Positions 9,359 to 18,793 of a stretch of 64,000 bases of DNA are shown in pieces. Under the pieces are notes generated by a model. The model saw only the letters and a program-made list of their open reading frames with translations. It was not told the origin of the DNA and ran no database searches. The DNA is taken from contig JABWAS010000004.1 in the NCBI GenBank assembly GCA_013360865.1, forward strand, positions 412 to 64,411. Reading direction: 5' to 3'. Numbering within the stretch: position 1 is the first letter of the stretch; each line of letters begins with the position of its first letter. Made by a program: the position numbers and the translations under genes. Origin of the DNA: Candidatus Paceibacter sp. (GTDB lineage Bacteria; Patescibacteriota; Minisyncoccia; UBA9983).

Positions 9359-10384
9359 ATGAAAGGAAAGGACTGGTTAAAGTTGGCTATTGCTGTCGGT
9401 GTTTTTGGGCTTGCCGGCTATCTTGTTTACTCAAACCGGCGGCTTAGTCCGGATGATTTCGGACAAACGGCTTGCACGCAGGAGGTCAAGCTTTGCCCGG
9501 GCGGATCATACGTCGGACGCGGCGGGCCGGATTGCGAATTCGCGGCTTGTCCGGCAGCAAAATCATCTTCAAGCGAGGCGGCCGTCAAATCTAAAGAACC
9601 AAGCGCAATAAAGACCGTGGAGCAGATCGGAAAGAAAACCGAAAAACAAACAGCGCCCCAGACCCAAAGCAAGAATTATTCCTCGTCAATTTCTCAAGCG
9701 GCATCCTCATCGCTGGCGCCGAACCCAGAGCCGGTAAAAAATAATTCAGACAGGCTTGTGTTGCATAACATCGGCATAGAGCTTGAGCCGTATGCGGCCG
9801 GAAATCGCGCCGGCGATATTGTGTTTACGAAGTCAATCGGCGAACATTTTTACAAAAAGGCCTTTATGGAATTCGGGACAGAGTTGACCGGACCGGGCGG
9901 CACGGACATTATGCCGCATCCAACTTATATTCTGCCTCTAGGAACAAAATTATTTTCCCCGGTAAAAGGAGTCGTGGAAAACATCAGATACCAGCCGGAT
10001 CACAACGATTATGAAGTAGTCATCGTACCCGACGGATACTCAAACTGGCGGTTAAGTTTTGACCATGTGACTAATTTAAAAGTCGCCAAAGGAGACAGGC
10101 TTGAGGTTAAAGGTGTCGTCGCCGAGGTGGCGCCAAGCTCTAGTTCGGCCGTTCCTGCCGGATTCGGGCTGGTGGAACTGCAGGTGTGGGGAGAAAGGTC
10201 TTTCTTTCAATCCGAAATGATGGCGACTTGCCCTTTTCTTCTTTTGGATGAAAGCGTAAGGCAATCCATTTATGACAAAATCACCCGGCTGGCCAACGAC
10301 TGGGAAAATTATCTGGGCCAGGACGTTTACCGGCAGGAAAAGTGGGTTGCTCCCGGCTGTCTTTATGAAACGGCCGGCGCCTGA
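9359..10384 (+). CDS. Membrane-anchored secreted protein with N-terminal Cys motif (CTQEVKLCPGGSYVGRGGPDCEFAACP), Ser/Ala-rich linker and C-terminal globular domain
   Basis: 341 aa; N-terminal TM; Cys motif ~80% nucleotide-identical to the motif region in 7812..8828. Confidence 0.4.
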   Translation: MKGKDWLKLAIAVGVFGLAGYLVYSNRRLSPDDFGQTACTQEVKLCPGGSYVGRGGPDCEFAACPAAKSSSSEAAVKSKEPSAIKTVEQIGKKTEKQTAPQTQSKNYSSSISQAASSSLAPNPEPVKNNSDRLVLHNIGIELEPYAAGNRAGDIVFTKSIGEHFYKKAFMEFGTELTGPGGTDIMPHPTYILPLGTKLFSPVKGVVENIRYQPDHNDYEVVIVPDGYSNWRLSFDHVTNLKVAKGDRLEVKGVVAEVAPSSSSAVPAGFGLVELQVWGERSFFQSEMMATCPFLLLDESVRQSIYDKITRLANDWENYLGQDVYRQEKWVAPGCLYETAGA

Positions 10385-10500
10385 CGGTAATAATTCAACT
10401 CTTAATACTCTTTTAATGCAAGTCCCGGTTATAATTCAGGGAAAAGTCGCGATGACAGCCTTTATCAAATAAAATTTTATTATTTTAATTATTTTAAATT

Positions 10501-10908
10501 ATGAAAATGAAAATGAATCCGGTGGTGCATTTTGAAATGCCCTACGAAGACCGGGAACGCGTGGCGAAATTTTATCAAAAAGCGTTTGGTTGGGAAACGC
10601 AAATGATGGGGGAAGATATGGGTAATTACGTCCTGGCCATGACAACCGAAACCGACGAGAAGCGCATGGTTAAAAAACCGGGCGCCATAAACGGCGGATT
10701 TTACCCGAGGGCTTATGACCCCAAAGAGCGTTATTCCCCCCGCATTGTAATCGCCGTGGATGATATTATGGAAGCGATAAAAAATGTGAAAAAAGAGGGA
10801 GGAATGGTGGAGGATGAGCCGATGGACATCCCCGGCGTCGGCCGTTTTGTTATCTTCGCGGACACGGAAGGTAATTACGTGGGAATGATCCAATCGGTTA
10901 ACATGTAA
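10501..10908 (+). CDS. VOC/glyoxalase family protein
   Basis: 135 aa; VHFEMPYED...AKFYQKAFGWE glyoxalase-fold signature. Confidence 0.65.
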   Translation: MKMKMNPVVHFEMPYEDRERVAKFYQKAFGWETQMMGEDMGNYVLAMTTETDEKRMVKKPGAINGGFYPRAYDPKERYSPRIVIAVDDIMEAIKNVKKEGGMVEDEPMDIPGVGRFVIFADTEGNYVGMIQSVNM

Positions 10909-10953
10909 AGACGTGAAAATAATCCCGCCGCGGCGGAGTTGTTTTGCTAAAAC

Positions 10954-11445
10954 ATGAATAAAAAACTTTTTATTTTAATTTTCGTTGCGGTTGCCATCGC
11001 CGGTTATTTGGGCTACTCAATTTTAACCTCCAATAAAAACCAGGAAACCATCGCGGTTAAGCTGTATTATTACAACCCCGCGCTGGATAAAGACGCGGCT
11101 GGGAATATTATGTGCGGCAGAAACGGTTTGGCGGCGGTTCGGCGAGATATCCCCAAAAATAAAATGCCGATTCAAGACACGATCCGGCTTTTGCTTAAAG
11201 GAGAGCTTACCGCGGAAGAACACGCTCAGGGAATAGGCACCGAATATCCGCTGGAAGGTTTTTCTTTGAAAGAAGCTTTTCTGAAGGACGGAATTTTGAC
11301 ACTTGAATTTGAAGACAGTAAAAACAAAACCGTCGGCGGATCGTGCCGCGTCGGTATTTTGTGGTTCCAGATTGAAGCGACGGCGAAGCAATTTCCGGAA
11401 GCGCGCGAAGTCCGTTTCCTGCCGGAAGAAATTTTCCAGCCTTAA
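10954..11445 (+). CDS. GerMN-domain-like secreted/lipoprotein
   Basis: 163 aa; N-terminal signal anchor; pattern VKLYYYNP...RRDIP...IQDTIRLLLKGELTAEE...QIEATAKQFPEAREVRF resembles GerMN domain. Confidence 0.45.
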   Translation: MNKKLFILIFVAVAIAGYLGYSILTSNKNQETIAVKLYYYNPALDKDAAGNIMCGRNGLAAVRRDIPKNKMPIQDTIRLLLKGELTAEEHAQGIGTEYPLEGFSLKEAFLKDGILTLEFEDSKNKTVGGSCRVGILWFQIEATAKQFPEAREVRFLPEEIFQP

Positions 11446-11500
11446 AAAGTTAATAGTTTTTTAATTGCGGATATTTAAAGATAATTAAATAAAATATAAA

Positions 11501-11794
11501 ATGAAAAAATTTTTGATTATAATTTTTGTTTTGATTTTGGCGGGAGCGGGTTTTTACTTTTTAAAAGACAAAATTGGCGGAGGAAACATCGGCGGCAAAG
11601 AAGCTTTTTGTACTCCGGAACAGAGAAATGTTGACGCTTGCGCTAAGATTTACAAACCGGTTTGCGCCACGGTCAACATCCAGTGCATTAAAGCTCCATG
11701 CGAGCCGATAAAGCAAACTTTCGGTAACTCCTGCGAGGCTTGCCGCAATTCTCTGGTTAATTCATACATTGAGGGCGAGTGTGAGGGGAATTAG
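11501..11794 (+). CDS. Small secreted Kazal-like cysteine-rich protein
   Basis: 97 aa; signal peptide; 8 Cys with YKPVCATVN...C...SCEAC spacing reminiscent of Kazal-type inhibitor domain. Confidence 0.35.
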   Translation: MKKFLIIIFVLILAGAGFYFLKDKIGGGNIGGKEAFCTPEQRNVDACAKIYKPVCATVNIQCIKAPCEPIKQTFGNSCEACRNSLVNSYIEGECEGN

Positions 11795-11910
11795 ACATCG
11801 CCTAAAAACGTGGACAAATTGGGAAATAAGTTGCTATAATTTAATAAATCGAATGTGCGCTACAAAATTGAGCGCGTTTACATTATTAATTAATCTATAA
11901 ATAAATTATC

Positions 11911-12669
11911 ATGAAAAATATTTTAGTGGGCGTCATAATCATTGCCGCCGTGGCGGCGGGCGTGTATTTTTACAATCAGAGGAATCAAAATCAAGAAGGC
12001 GTGTTTCCTACGGAAAATCCCTTCAGTTCATCCGCTATTTCAACGTCCCCGATTTCTGGTAAAGGCGAGGTTGTCTTCGTTGTGGCGGATAAATCCGTTG
12101 ACCTTCAAGGCGTAAGCGAGGTGGAACTTACTGCCAGCCGCATGGAACTGTACAGCGCCGGAAGCGGCTGGGTTGCGGTTTCAGGCCAGGCAAAAACCTA
12201 TAACCTGCTCCAACTTAAATCATCGGACCAGCTTTCACTGGCGGGGAGGGCTGATATTGACTCCGGAACCTACAACCAAGTCAGGTTAACTATTGATAAA
12301 GTCGTGGTGCAAACCAAGAATGGGGCAAGACTGACCGCCAATGTTCCTTCCAATACTTTTGCCGTAGCTAACACCGTCGTTGTAAACAGCGGAGAAACAG
12401 CCACGGTCAAATTGGATTTCAACGTTGCTGAATCTCTGCACACCACGGTCAGCAATGAGTATGTGTTCGCGCCGGTGGTTGAGGTTGAAGCGAGAAGCAA
12501 TGCCGATGTCGCGGTTGGCTCCAACAATATCGTGTCAATTAGCGGCGGTTCAGTTTCCAGCGACATAAAAGCCGGCATGGATCTTAACGGAGAAGTTAAA
12601 ATAAATTTCAAACTTGACGCGGGCGCGGTAATTAAACTGGAAGGCGGGGTGCTTGAGCTCAACCTGTAG
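11911..12669 (+). CDS. Secreted DUF4382-like protein
   Basis: 252 aa; signal anchor; KTYNLLQLKS...GTYNQVRLTIDKVVV pattern typical of DUF4382; promoter TGGACA-N18-TATAAT at ~11813..11846. Confidence 0.4.
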   Translation: MKNILVGVIIIAAVAAGVYFYNQRNQNQEGVFPTENPFSSSAISTSPISGKGEVVFVVADKSVDLQGVSEVELTASRMELYSAGSGWVAVSGQAKTYNLLQLKSSDQLSLAGRADIDSGTYNQVRLTIDKVVVQTKNGARLTANVPSNTFAVANTVVVNSGETATVKLDFNVAESLHTTVSNEYVFAPVVEVEARSNADVAVGSNNIVSISGGSVSSDIKAGMDLNGEVKINFKLDAGAVIKLEGGVLELNL

Positions 12670-12867
12670 TTTTAACTGAAGAACAAAATCGTAAAAAGTT
12701 TCAAACATTGACAAGACCTAGTTTATTCGCTAGGCTTGTTGAAGTTTTTTTAATGTACTTTTATTTATAAAAACTCTAAAAAGGAGGTGGTTATGACACA
12801 ATAAGGAAGTTGTTTTTTATTATTACTTTATTACTTTATTTTTGTTTTTAACTTTTGGAGGTTAAAA

Positions 12868-13371
12868 ATGAAGAGGGGTGTTTTTGGAATTATTAGTATT
12901 GTTTGTATTTTTTCTGCTTTATGGATGTTTGCTGGATGCGCTTCATCTCCAACACATTCATCCGTGTCTGTTGCCAAGACTGATTTGGCCGGGTATAGGG
13001 ACTGGACAACCACTGTTTCCAGAGTCGTAATGGATAAATCCAGCCCGTTTTACGGATTCCAGAGAGTACTCGTAAACGACATCGCGCTTCCTGTTTACAA
13101 AAGCGGGGGAAGTTACCCCGAAGGAAGCGTTTTAATTCTTGAATTTAACGAACCAATGGCGGAAGGTAACGATACCGCGATGGGAAAAACAAACTGGCTG
13201 GCGGTGATGACTCGCGATTCGGCGGCAACGCAGACAGGCGGCTGGATATTTTCGGCCGTTGACGGGAAAACAATGACCGTTAAGGCCGATGTTGACCCTG
13301 TGGCAGGTTGTTATAACTGTCATACTGCCCGAAAGGATAATAATTATATTTTTTCACGGTACAGCTATTAA
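12868..13371 (+). CDS. Cytochrome P460-like haem lipoprotein
   Basis: 167 aa; lipobox (MFAGCAS), single CXXCH (CYNCH) near C-terminus as in cytochrome P460/c'-beta family. Confidence 0.45.
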   Translation: MKRGVFGIISIVCIFSALWMFAGCASSPTHSSVSVAKTDLAGYRDWTTTVSRVVMDKSSPFYGFQRVLVNDIALPVYKSGGSYPEGSVLILEFNEPMAEGNDTAMGKTNWLAVMTRDSAATQTGGWIFSAVDGKTMTVKADVDPVAGCYNCHTARKDNNYIFSRYSY

Positions 13372-13404
13372 GTTTAATTTTAAAACGTTTATTGTGTTAG
13401 ACAT

Positions 13405-13446
13405 GAGGCAATCGTCTTTAGTTCAGACGGTTGCCTCTTTTTTATT
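13405..13446 (+). terminator. Rho-independent terminator hairpin + T-run
   Basis: GAGGCAATCGTCT-ttagttc-AGACGGTTGCCTC followed by TTTTTTATTT. Confidence 0.6.
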
Positions 13447-13522
13447 TCGGAAGGTTGTATATAATGAAGCATGAGTCAAAAGGCGAACGGTTAACTTATC
13501 AGGTAAAATTTATTTTAAAAAC

Positions 13523-13921
13523 ATGAAAGGATTTCACACAAACATAGAAAAAGACACTTTGGATAACAATAATTATCGCAAGGTGCTTTACACTTCTAAG
13601 CATAGCCAGCTGGTGCTAATGAGCCTTAAGCCAACGGAAGAGATAGGGATGGAGGTTCATCCGGACAACGACCAGTTTTTCCGCTTTGAAAAAGGTGTGG
13701 GCAAGTGCGTTATAGACGGACATGAATACGAGGTGAAAGACGGCTCGGCCATAGTTGTGCCAGCTGGAGCGCGGCACAATGTTATAAATGTTTCCGATTC
13801 GCAGGAATTAAAACTTTATACCATCTATTCTCCTGCCCACCACAGGGATGGCGTGGTAAGGGTGACGAAATCTGAAGCCGAAGCCGATAGTCCGGAATTT
13901 GACGGCAAAACAACGGAGTAA
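13523..13921 (+). CDS. Cupin domain protein
   Basis: 132 aa; cupin_2-like G(M)EVHPDNDQFF....VPAGARHNV motifs. Confidence 0.6.
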   Translation: MKGFHTNIEKDTLDNNNYRKVLYTSKHSQLVLMSLKPTEEIGMEVHPDNDQFFRFEKGVGKCVIDGHEYEVKDGSAIVVPAGARHNVINVSDSQELKLYTIYSPAHHRDGVVRVTKSEAEADSPEFDGKTTE

Positions 13922-13987
13922 AAAAGCCAAGCAAAAACCGACCTGCTAGGTTGAAGAAGTTAAAACCTGGCAGGTCGGTTTTTCAGT

Positions 13988-15496
13988 TTGAAATATTTTT
14001 TCATTTATGCGAAAATAATGCCTATGAAAAAGAATCCAAATGGAAACTTAAACGAACGCCCGGTCGTTTTTTTTATTTTTGGAGCGACGGGGGACTTGGC
14101 CGCCAAGAAAATAATTCCAGCGCTGTTTAATCTTTATGGGAAGAAAGCGCTGCCGAAAAATTTTAAAATCGTCGGCTTCGCGCGCAAAGATTACAACGGC
14201 GGAAAATTCGCCGAGTACTCGGCGGAGATAGTGAAAAAGCGCTTCGGCGAAAATGTTCCGGAGAAAGAGCTTAAAAGTTTCCGCAAGTTGTTTGAGTATC
14301 ATCAAGGCCAGCTTCCGGACATGGCGGCTTACGCCAGCCTGGCGGAGAAAGTAAAAAAGATGGATGGAAAAAGCGGCGATACTTGCGACAAAATTTTCTA
14401 TCTTTCCATCGCGCCGGAATTTTACGGAACCGTTTTGGAAAACATCGCCGCGTCCGGACTTGATTCTTCCAAAACCAGAGGCGGCGGCCGCGCGAGGATA
14501 ATAATAGAAAAACCTTTCGGCGACAATCTTAAGTCGGCCCAAAAAATTGAAGCTTTAATCGGGAGGCTCTTCAACGAAGATCAGATTTACCGCATTGACC
14601 ATTATTTGGGCAAAGAAATGCTGCAAAACATCCTGGCTTTCCGTTTCGCCAATAATTTACTGGAAAGTTCCTGGAGCAATAAAACCATAGAGAGCATCAA
14701 CATCAGTCTGCTGGAAGAGTTGGGCGTGGAGCACCGCGGCGCGTTTTACGACGCGGTGGGGGCGTTCCGCGACGTCGGGCAAAACCACTTGCTGCAGGCG
14801 CTGGCGCTGATAACAATGGAACGGCCGAAGAAATACGACGCCGATTCCATTATAAAAAACCGGGCCGAGTTGTTGGAGCAACTGATTCCGCCGTCGGGAA
14901 AGGCGGTAACCTCATCCGCTTTCCGCGCCCAGTACAAAGGCTACGGCAAAATTGAAGGGGTGAAGCCGAGTTCGCGGACGGAAACATATTTTAAAGTGAA
15001 AGCCGCCCTTTCTTCTCCGAGGTGGAAAGGCGTGCCGATAATTCTGGAGGGAGGGAAGAGAATGGGCGAAAGGCTCAAAGAGATAGTCGTTTCCTTCAAA
15101 CCGGCGTCGCCGCTTTCCGGCCTTGGCTCGTCTCGCGGCCTGCCTCGCAAGGCGGGCGAAGCGGCGGGCGGAATCGCTTGCCAAAGCGAGCTTGTCTTCC
15201 GGTGGGAGCCGGAGGAAAGGATAAAAATAAAATTCTGCTCCAAAAAGCCTGGCGCCAAAGCGGAAGTGGAGGGCAGGGAATTTGATTTCTTCTACCGCGA
15301 TTCTTCAGAAAGGGTGCAGTACGTTGAGGAGTATGAGAAGCTGATTTCCGATTGTTTGGCCGGGGACAGGACGCATTTTATAAGCGCCAGAGAAATATAC
15401 GCGATGTGGAAGTTTGCCGACGCGGTGGTCAGAGGCTGGGAGAAGAATCTGGCGCCGCTCCATTCTTACGAGCCGGGCAGTAAAAATTTTTCCTGA
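13988..15496 (+). CDS. zwf: Glucose-6-phosphate 1-dehydrogenase
   Basis: 502 aa; NADP-binding FGATGDLAAKK and G6PD signature RIDHYLGKE; ends with TGA followed by terminator. Confidence 0.9.
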   Translation: MKYFFIYAKIMPMKKNPNGNLNERPVVFFIFGATGDLAAKKIIPALFNLYGKKALPKNFKIVGFARKDYNGGKFAEYSAEIVKKRFGENVPEKELKSFRKLFEYHQGQLPDMAAYASLAEKVKKMDGKSGDTCDKIFYLSIAPEFYGTVLENIAASGLDSSKTRGGGRARIIIEKPFGDNLKSAQKIEALIGRLFNEDQIYRIDHYLGKEMLQNILAFRFANNLLESSWSNKTIESINISLLEELGVEHRGAFYDAVGAFRDVGQNHLLQALALITMERPKKYDADSIIKNRAELLEQLIPPSGKAVTSSAFRAQYKGYGKIEGVKPSSRTETYFKVKAALSSPRWKGVPIILEGGKRMGERLKEIVVSFKPASPLSGLGSSRGLPRKAGEAAGGIACQSELVFRWEPEERIKIKFCSKKPGAKAEVEGREFDFFYRDSSERVQYVEEYEKLISDCLAGDRTHFISAREIYAMWKFADAVVRGWEKNLAPLHSYEPGSKNFS

Positions 15497-15514
15497 CTAA
15501 AAATTAATAAAAAA

Positions 15515-15562
15515 GCCCCGCGCCGAGATCGCCTCGGTCGCGGGAAAAGCTTAGTTTTTTAT
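15515..15562. terminator. Bidirectional GC-rich hairpin terminator between convergent zwf and surface-protein gene
   Basis: GCCCCGCGCCGAG-atc-GCCTCGGTCGCGGG flanked by A-run and T-run. Confidence 0.65.
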
Positions 15563-16932
15563 TTTCTGACTCTTATTTTCAAAACAACTTTCAGTGAAGG
15601 AATTTTGTAATCATGTTCTTCGTTGAAAGGCTCTTTGTTAACGTAAAATCTTACTCGGGCCTTTCCTTTCTTAATGCCTTCAATAAAAAAGCAGGCCACG
15701 CCTTTTTCATCAGTGAAAACAATTCTCTCCGAACTTTTATCGCCGGAATCGTTTAAAAAAACTACTTTTTTCCGGTTGCCCTTTTTTATTTTCCCCGTCA
15801 CTGGTATATTAACCAATCCTTCTCCTTCTTGGCATTTAACTGTTATCAGCACAGTAGCCGTTTCTCCGACATTTATCTCAATATTATTGATAAGAATGTC
15901 CAGAGATGAAACTTCACTGCATCTTTGTTGCGGAGGGGTAGGTTCCGGGCTTGGCTTAGGAGTCGGGGTTGGTGTTATTGCCGGTGTGGGAGTAGGGGGT
16001 GGCTTGGTCGGAGAAGGGGATGGACTCGGTGTCGGCGTTGCTGCGTGAGTCGGCGTCGGTGAGGGTTGTGGAGTTGGGGTCAAAGTCAATGTTGGGGTTG
16101 GCGACGGTGTCGGTATCGGCGGAGGTGGGACGTTGCCCAAGTCATCCGTCCAGACTCTTAATATTTCTTCCGGCGTCAGGACTTTGTCGTAAACCCTGAC
16201 ATTGTCAATTTTACCGTCAAATGGAAAATTATTTTTTCCGAATACATTCCCAATAGTCAGTTTATCACCGGTTGACCTTATCGTTTCCGACGGTTCTGCT
16301 TGGACTGAAACTACAAATGGTTGAATATCTTTCGTCCCCTTGTAAAAAATTATATTGTCTGTTCCCGGCAAGGCGGCGCCATTGTAAGTCAGGGCAACGA
16401 AAACCCACTCGTTGGGGTTTTCAAAATTACCGCTCTGCCGGTCCGTTTCATGTCCGTTGTAATGAAACACGAAATCTTTGTATTTGAAAGCTATATTCCA
16501 CCCTTCGTCACCGGAGCCTTTATAAACAGGAAAGGATCCGTTGCCATCGTTTTGATCGGTCAGGTGCCAAAACGTGACCGTCATTTGTTTCAACCCGTCC
16601 GCCAACGCGCTTGATTCCGCTTCACATCTTCCACCGGTTCCGGCCATTTCGGTGGAGGCGGTGTTATCAAAACAGCGATCTCCGGGTTGTCCGGATATAC
16701 CTTCACCGTCAGGTGAACGCAGGTCGGCATTGTTGCCATTCGCGTCCTTCATTGTAAAGTTTCCCTTTTGCGAGCCGGCATTGTGGATGGTGGAGCCCCC
16801 ATCCTCATTAAAAGTTAGGTGAACCAGGGCTGGCGGTAAATCGTCCGGCAAAACAAACTTGATATAAGACATAGACAATAAAGCAAAAACAATAACCCCT
16901 ATCCAAACAAAATCAAACCTTAATATCTTCAC
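15559..16932 (-). CDS. Cell-surface protein: N-terminal TM anchor, LamG/concanavalin-like domain, Pro/Thr/Ser-rich linker, C-terminal Ig-like domain
   Basis: 457 aa; LamG-like end motif [19 protein letters not shown]; long PTPSPTPT linker (aa ~270-330); C-terminal beta-rich domain. Confidence 0.5.
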   Translation of the reverse strand: MKILRFDFVWIGVIVFALLSMSYIKFVLPDDLPPALVHLTFNEDGGSTIHNAGSQKGNFTMKDANGNNADLRSPDGEGISGQPGDRCFDNTASTEMAGTGGRCEAESSALADGLKQMTVTFWHLTDQNDGNGSFPVYKGSGDEGWNIAFKYKDFVFHYNGHETDRQSGNFENPNEWVFVALTYNGAALPGTDNIIFYKGTKDIQPFVVSVQAEPSETIRSTGDKLTIGNVFGKNNFPFDGKIDNVRVYDKVLTPEEILRVWTDDLGNVPPPPIPTPSPTPTLTLTPTPQPSPTPTHAATPTPSPSPSPTKPPPTPTPAITPTPTPKPSPEPTPPQQRCSEVSSLDILINNIEINVGETATVLITVKCQEGEGLVNIPVTGKIKKGNRKKVVFLNDSGDKSSERIVFTDEKGVACFFIEGIKKGKARVRFYVNKEPFNEEHDYKIPSLKVVLKIRVRK

Positions 16933-17106
16933 GTTCTTCCTCCTTCTTTTTCCTTTTTTGTCAAAAATAAGTGTCTTTATTTTTATTGAAAAGTGCTCAG
17001 TTTTATCTAATTATTTTTACCATTTTTGTTGTTTGTTGTCAATTTTTGCCACGGTCAGTTCCAGAATTAATTGCAACACCTGATTAGAAGTTAAACTAAT
17101 TAGGCC

Positions 17107-17358
17107 ATGAAGAAAAAATACAAAGGCGGCAAGCCCCGCAATGGCTCCGGTAAATACAATGCCGATGTAGCCCACCGAAAGGCGCTGGCAAGAATTGCCA
17201 ATGGAGGCAATATTCCTAAAACCGCCAAGTGCAAGCGTTTGAAATCATATATCGAGGCCAAGCTCAAAGACGAGCGGTGGTCGCCCGAGCAAGTGAGTAT
17301 TCGCCTGCCTCATGAATTTCCGAAAGATGAGTCGATCTGTAGGGTACCCCTTTCTTAG
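17107..17358 (+). pseudogene. IS30-family transposase N-terminal fragment
   Basis: 83 aa; KLKDERWSPEQVSIRL matches the conserved IS30 transposase region (E. coli IS30: KLEMKWSPEQISGWL); no DDE core follows. Confidence 0.5.
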
Positions 17359-17545
17359 GACACCTTCTCCATATGTTTGATTGTATCAATTTTATTGGCG
17401 GCGGCAAACTGAACCGGCGCCATTTTTAACGCAACTGGGAATAAAAGGATTCCTGATAACCGTTCTCCCAAGGACAGCCCGGTTTGGAACGAGAGATTAA
17501 GGAACCGACATTTTCCAGAATGGTTCTGAAACCCTTTTCGAAAAA
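17355..17545 (-). pseudogene. IS3/IS481-family transposase C-terminal remnants (frameshifted)
   Basis: Two minus-strand frames encode ...SKPGCPWENGYQESFYSQLR and ...KMAPVQFAAANK, resembling end of IS3-family integrase core (kPg.PwqNGy.ESFn...R; sP.qF). Confidence 0.4.
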
Positions 17546-17548
17546 TTG

Positions 17549-17635
17549 CGGAGGGTACAGGATTTGAACCTGTGAGGGGATTTCTCCCCAACCGCATTTC
17601 GAGTGCGGCGCGTTAGACCACTCTGCCAACCCTCC
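17549..17635 (-). tRNA. tRNA-Ser (anticodon CGA), type II with long variable arm
   Basis: Cloverleaf by eye: acceptor GGAGGGT/ACCCTCC, anticodon loop CU-CGA-AA, long variable arm, T-loop TTCAAAT. Confidence 0.8.
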
Positions 17636-17705
17636 AAGTCTATTTTTAGCACAAAATAAGGGCATTTACAATTGAGCCGTTTTAGGTTAAATTTATATTG
17701 TTTAA

Positions 17706-17779
17706 GGGCGGTTAGCTCAGTTGGTTAGAGCGTTACATTGACATTGTAAAGGTCAGAGGTTCGACTCCTCTACCGCCCA
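17706..17779 (+). tRNA. tRNA-Val (anticodon GAC)
   Basis: Acceptor GGGCGGT/ACCGCCC, D-arm GCTCAGTTGGTTAGAGC, anticodon loop TT-GAC-AT, T-loop TTCGACT. Confidence 0.85.
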
Positions 17780-17799
17780 CAAGCTCGTTTCGAGCTTAC

Positions 17800-17871
17800 G
17801 GCCCTATCGTCTAACGGTTAGGACATCGGCTTTTCAAGCCGGTAATCGGGGTTCGATTCCCCGTAGGGTCA
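17800..17871 (+). tRNA. tRNA-Glu (anticodon UUC)
   Basis: Acceptor GGCCCTA/TAGGGTC, anticodon loop TT-TTC-AA, T-arm CGGGGTTCGATTCCCCG. Confidence 0.8.
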
Positions 17872-18004
17872 AAAAAATAGGAAGAAAAATGCGGAGCATT
17901 TTGCGACCATATTTTTGTAGATACTATGGGGAATCGAAAGCCGGAGTTCCGCTTTGCGGAACGAGGCGGGGTCGCGAAAATTTGCGAAGCAAATTATTTG
18001 TGAC

Positions 18005-18026
18005 CGATTCCCCGTAGGGTCAAAAA
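18005..18026 (+). repeat. 22-bp direct repeat duplicating the 3' end of tRNA-Glu (copy of 17854..17875)
   Basis: CGATTCCCCGTAGGGTCAAAAA occurs at 17854..17875 (tRNA-Glu T-loop/acceptor end) and again 151 bp downstream; intervening DNA also contains inverted GGGGAATCGAA. Confidence 0.8.
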
Positions 18027-18027
18027 C

Positions 18028-18786
18028 ATGGACAACATATATCTCGTACAAAGAACATTCCAATATGATTATATATATTTTGATGCCGTTTTTTTAATAA
18101 TCTGGATTGCTGTTTTGATTTATAAAAAAGAACATAGGGCGTTGCTGTTTGCTGTTGCTGTATCACCGTTGATTTATTTTATAGACGCTTATGTTTGGTG
18201 GAACAGTAAAATAGGGGATACTTATGTAAGGGAATATTGGATTAATGGCGTGCAAGTTCCTCACCCAGTTGGAAATTATTTTGTTACTAAATTCGGGGCA
18301 GATTTTATGATGACAATTTCCTATTCTTTATTTACATTCGCTTGGATTTGGATATTTTTTAAATATTTTAGAAGTAATAAGACTATAATTCCCATTAAGT
18401 ACGCGATTCTGTGGTTGTCTTTCTGGATATTTACTCCGGCATTATCAATTATGGCAAAAATAAATGATTCCACCGTTTACGCCGTTAGGCATATGCAATC
18501 GCAATATTTTATTTGGATTCTAGCCACCATTATATCCTATTTTGTTTTAGCGTTTGTTTATAAAAAAGAAAAAGTAATAGTTTTAAAACTATTTTGCGCG
18601 GGTTTTGTCGCTGTTATTATTATGGAATTTCCTCTTTTCGTTTTTAATATAAGACAGATGGGCTTTAAAATATTAATCTTTGACGGTTTTTTTATGATAA
18701 ATCAAGCTATCCCGGCGCTTTATATATTCTATGATAAGGTTTTAATGAAGCGGTTCAACTTTCCAAAAAATATTTTTCCTATATAA
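18028..18786 (+). CDS. Multi-pass integral membrane protein (unknown function), AT-rich
   Basis: 252 aa; ~7-8 hydrophobic helices, Trp/Phe/Ile-rich; ~27% GC. Confidence 0.4.
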   Translation: MDNIYLVQRTFQYDYIYFDAVFLIIWIAVLIYKKEHRALLFAVAVSPLIYFIDAYVWWNSKIGDTYVREYWINGVQVPHPVGNYFVTKFGADFMMTISYSLFTFAWIWIFFKYFRSNKTIIPIKYAILWLSFWIFTPALSIMAKINDSTVYAVRHMQSQYFIWILATIISYFVLAFVYKKEKVIVLKLFCAGFVAVIIMEFPLFVFNIRQMGFKILIFDGFFMINQAIPALYIFYDKVLMKRFNFPKNIFPI

Positions 18787-18793
18787 TTTTCTT

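Noticed and set aside
10489-10893. 134-aa minus-strand ORF mirroring the glyoxalase gene
   Set aside because: The plus-strand frame carries the VOC/glyoxalase signature. The minus frame is His/Phe-rich with no motif.
14048-15285. ORFs antisense or alternate-frame to zwf
   Set aside because: zwf is unambiguous (RIDHYLGKE). The overlapping frames are Arg/Ala/Gly-rich spurious ORFs.
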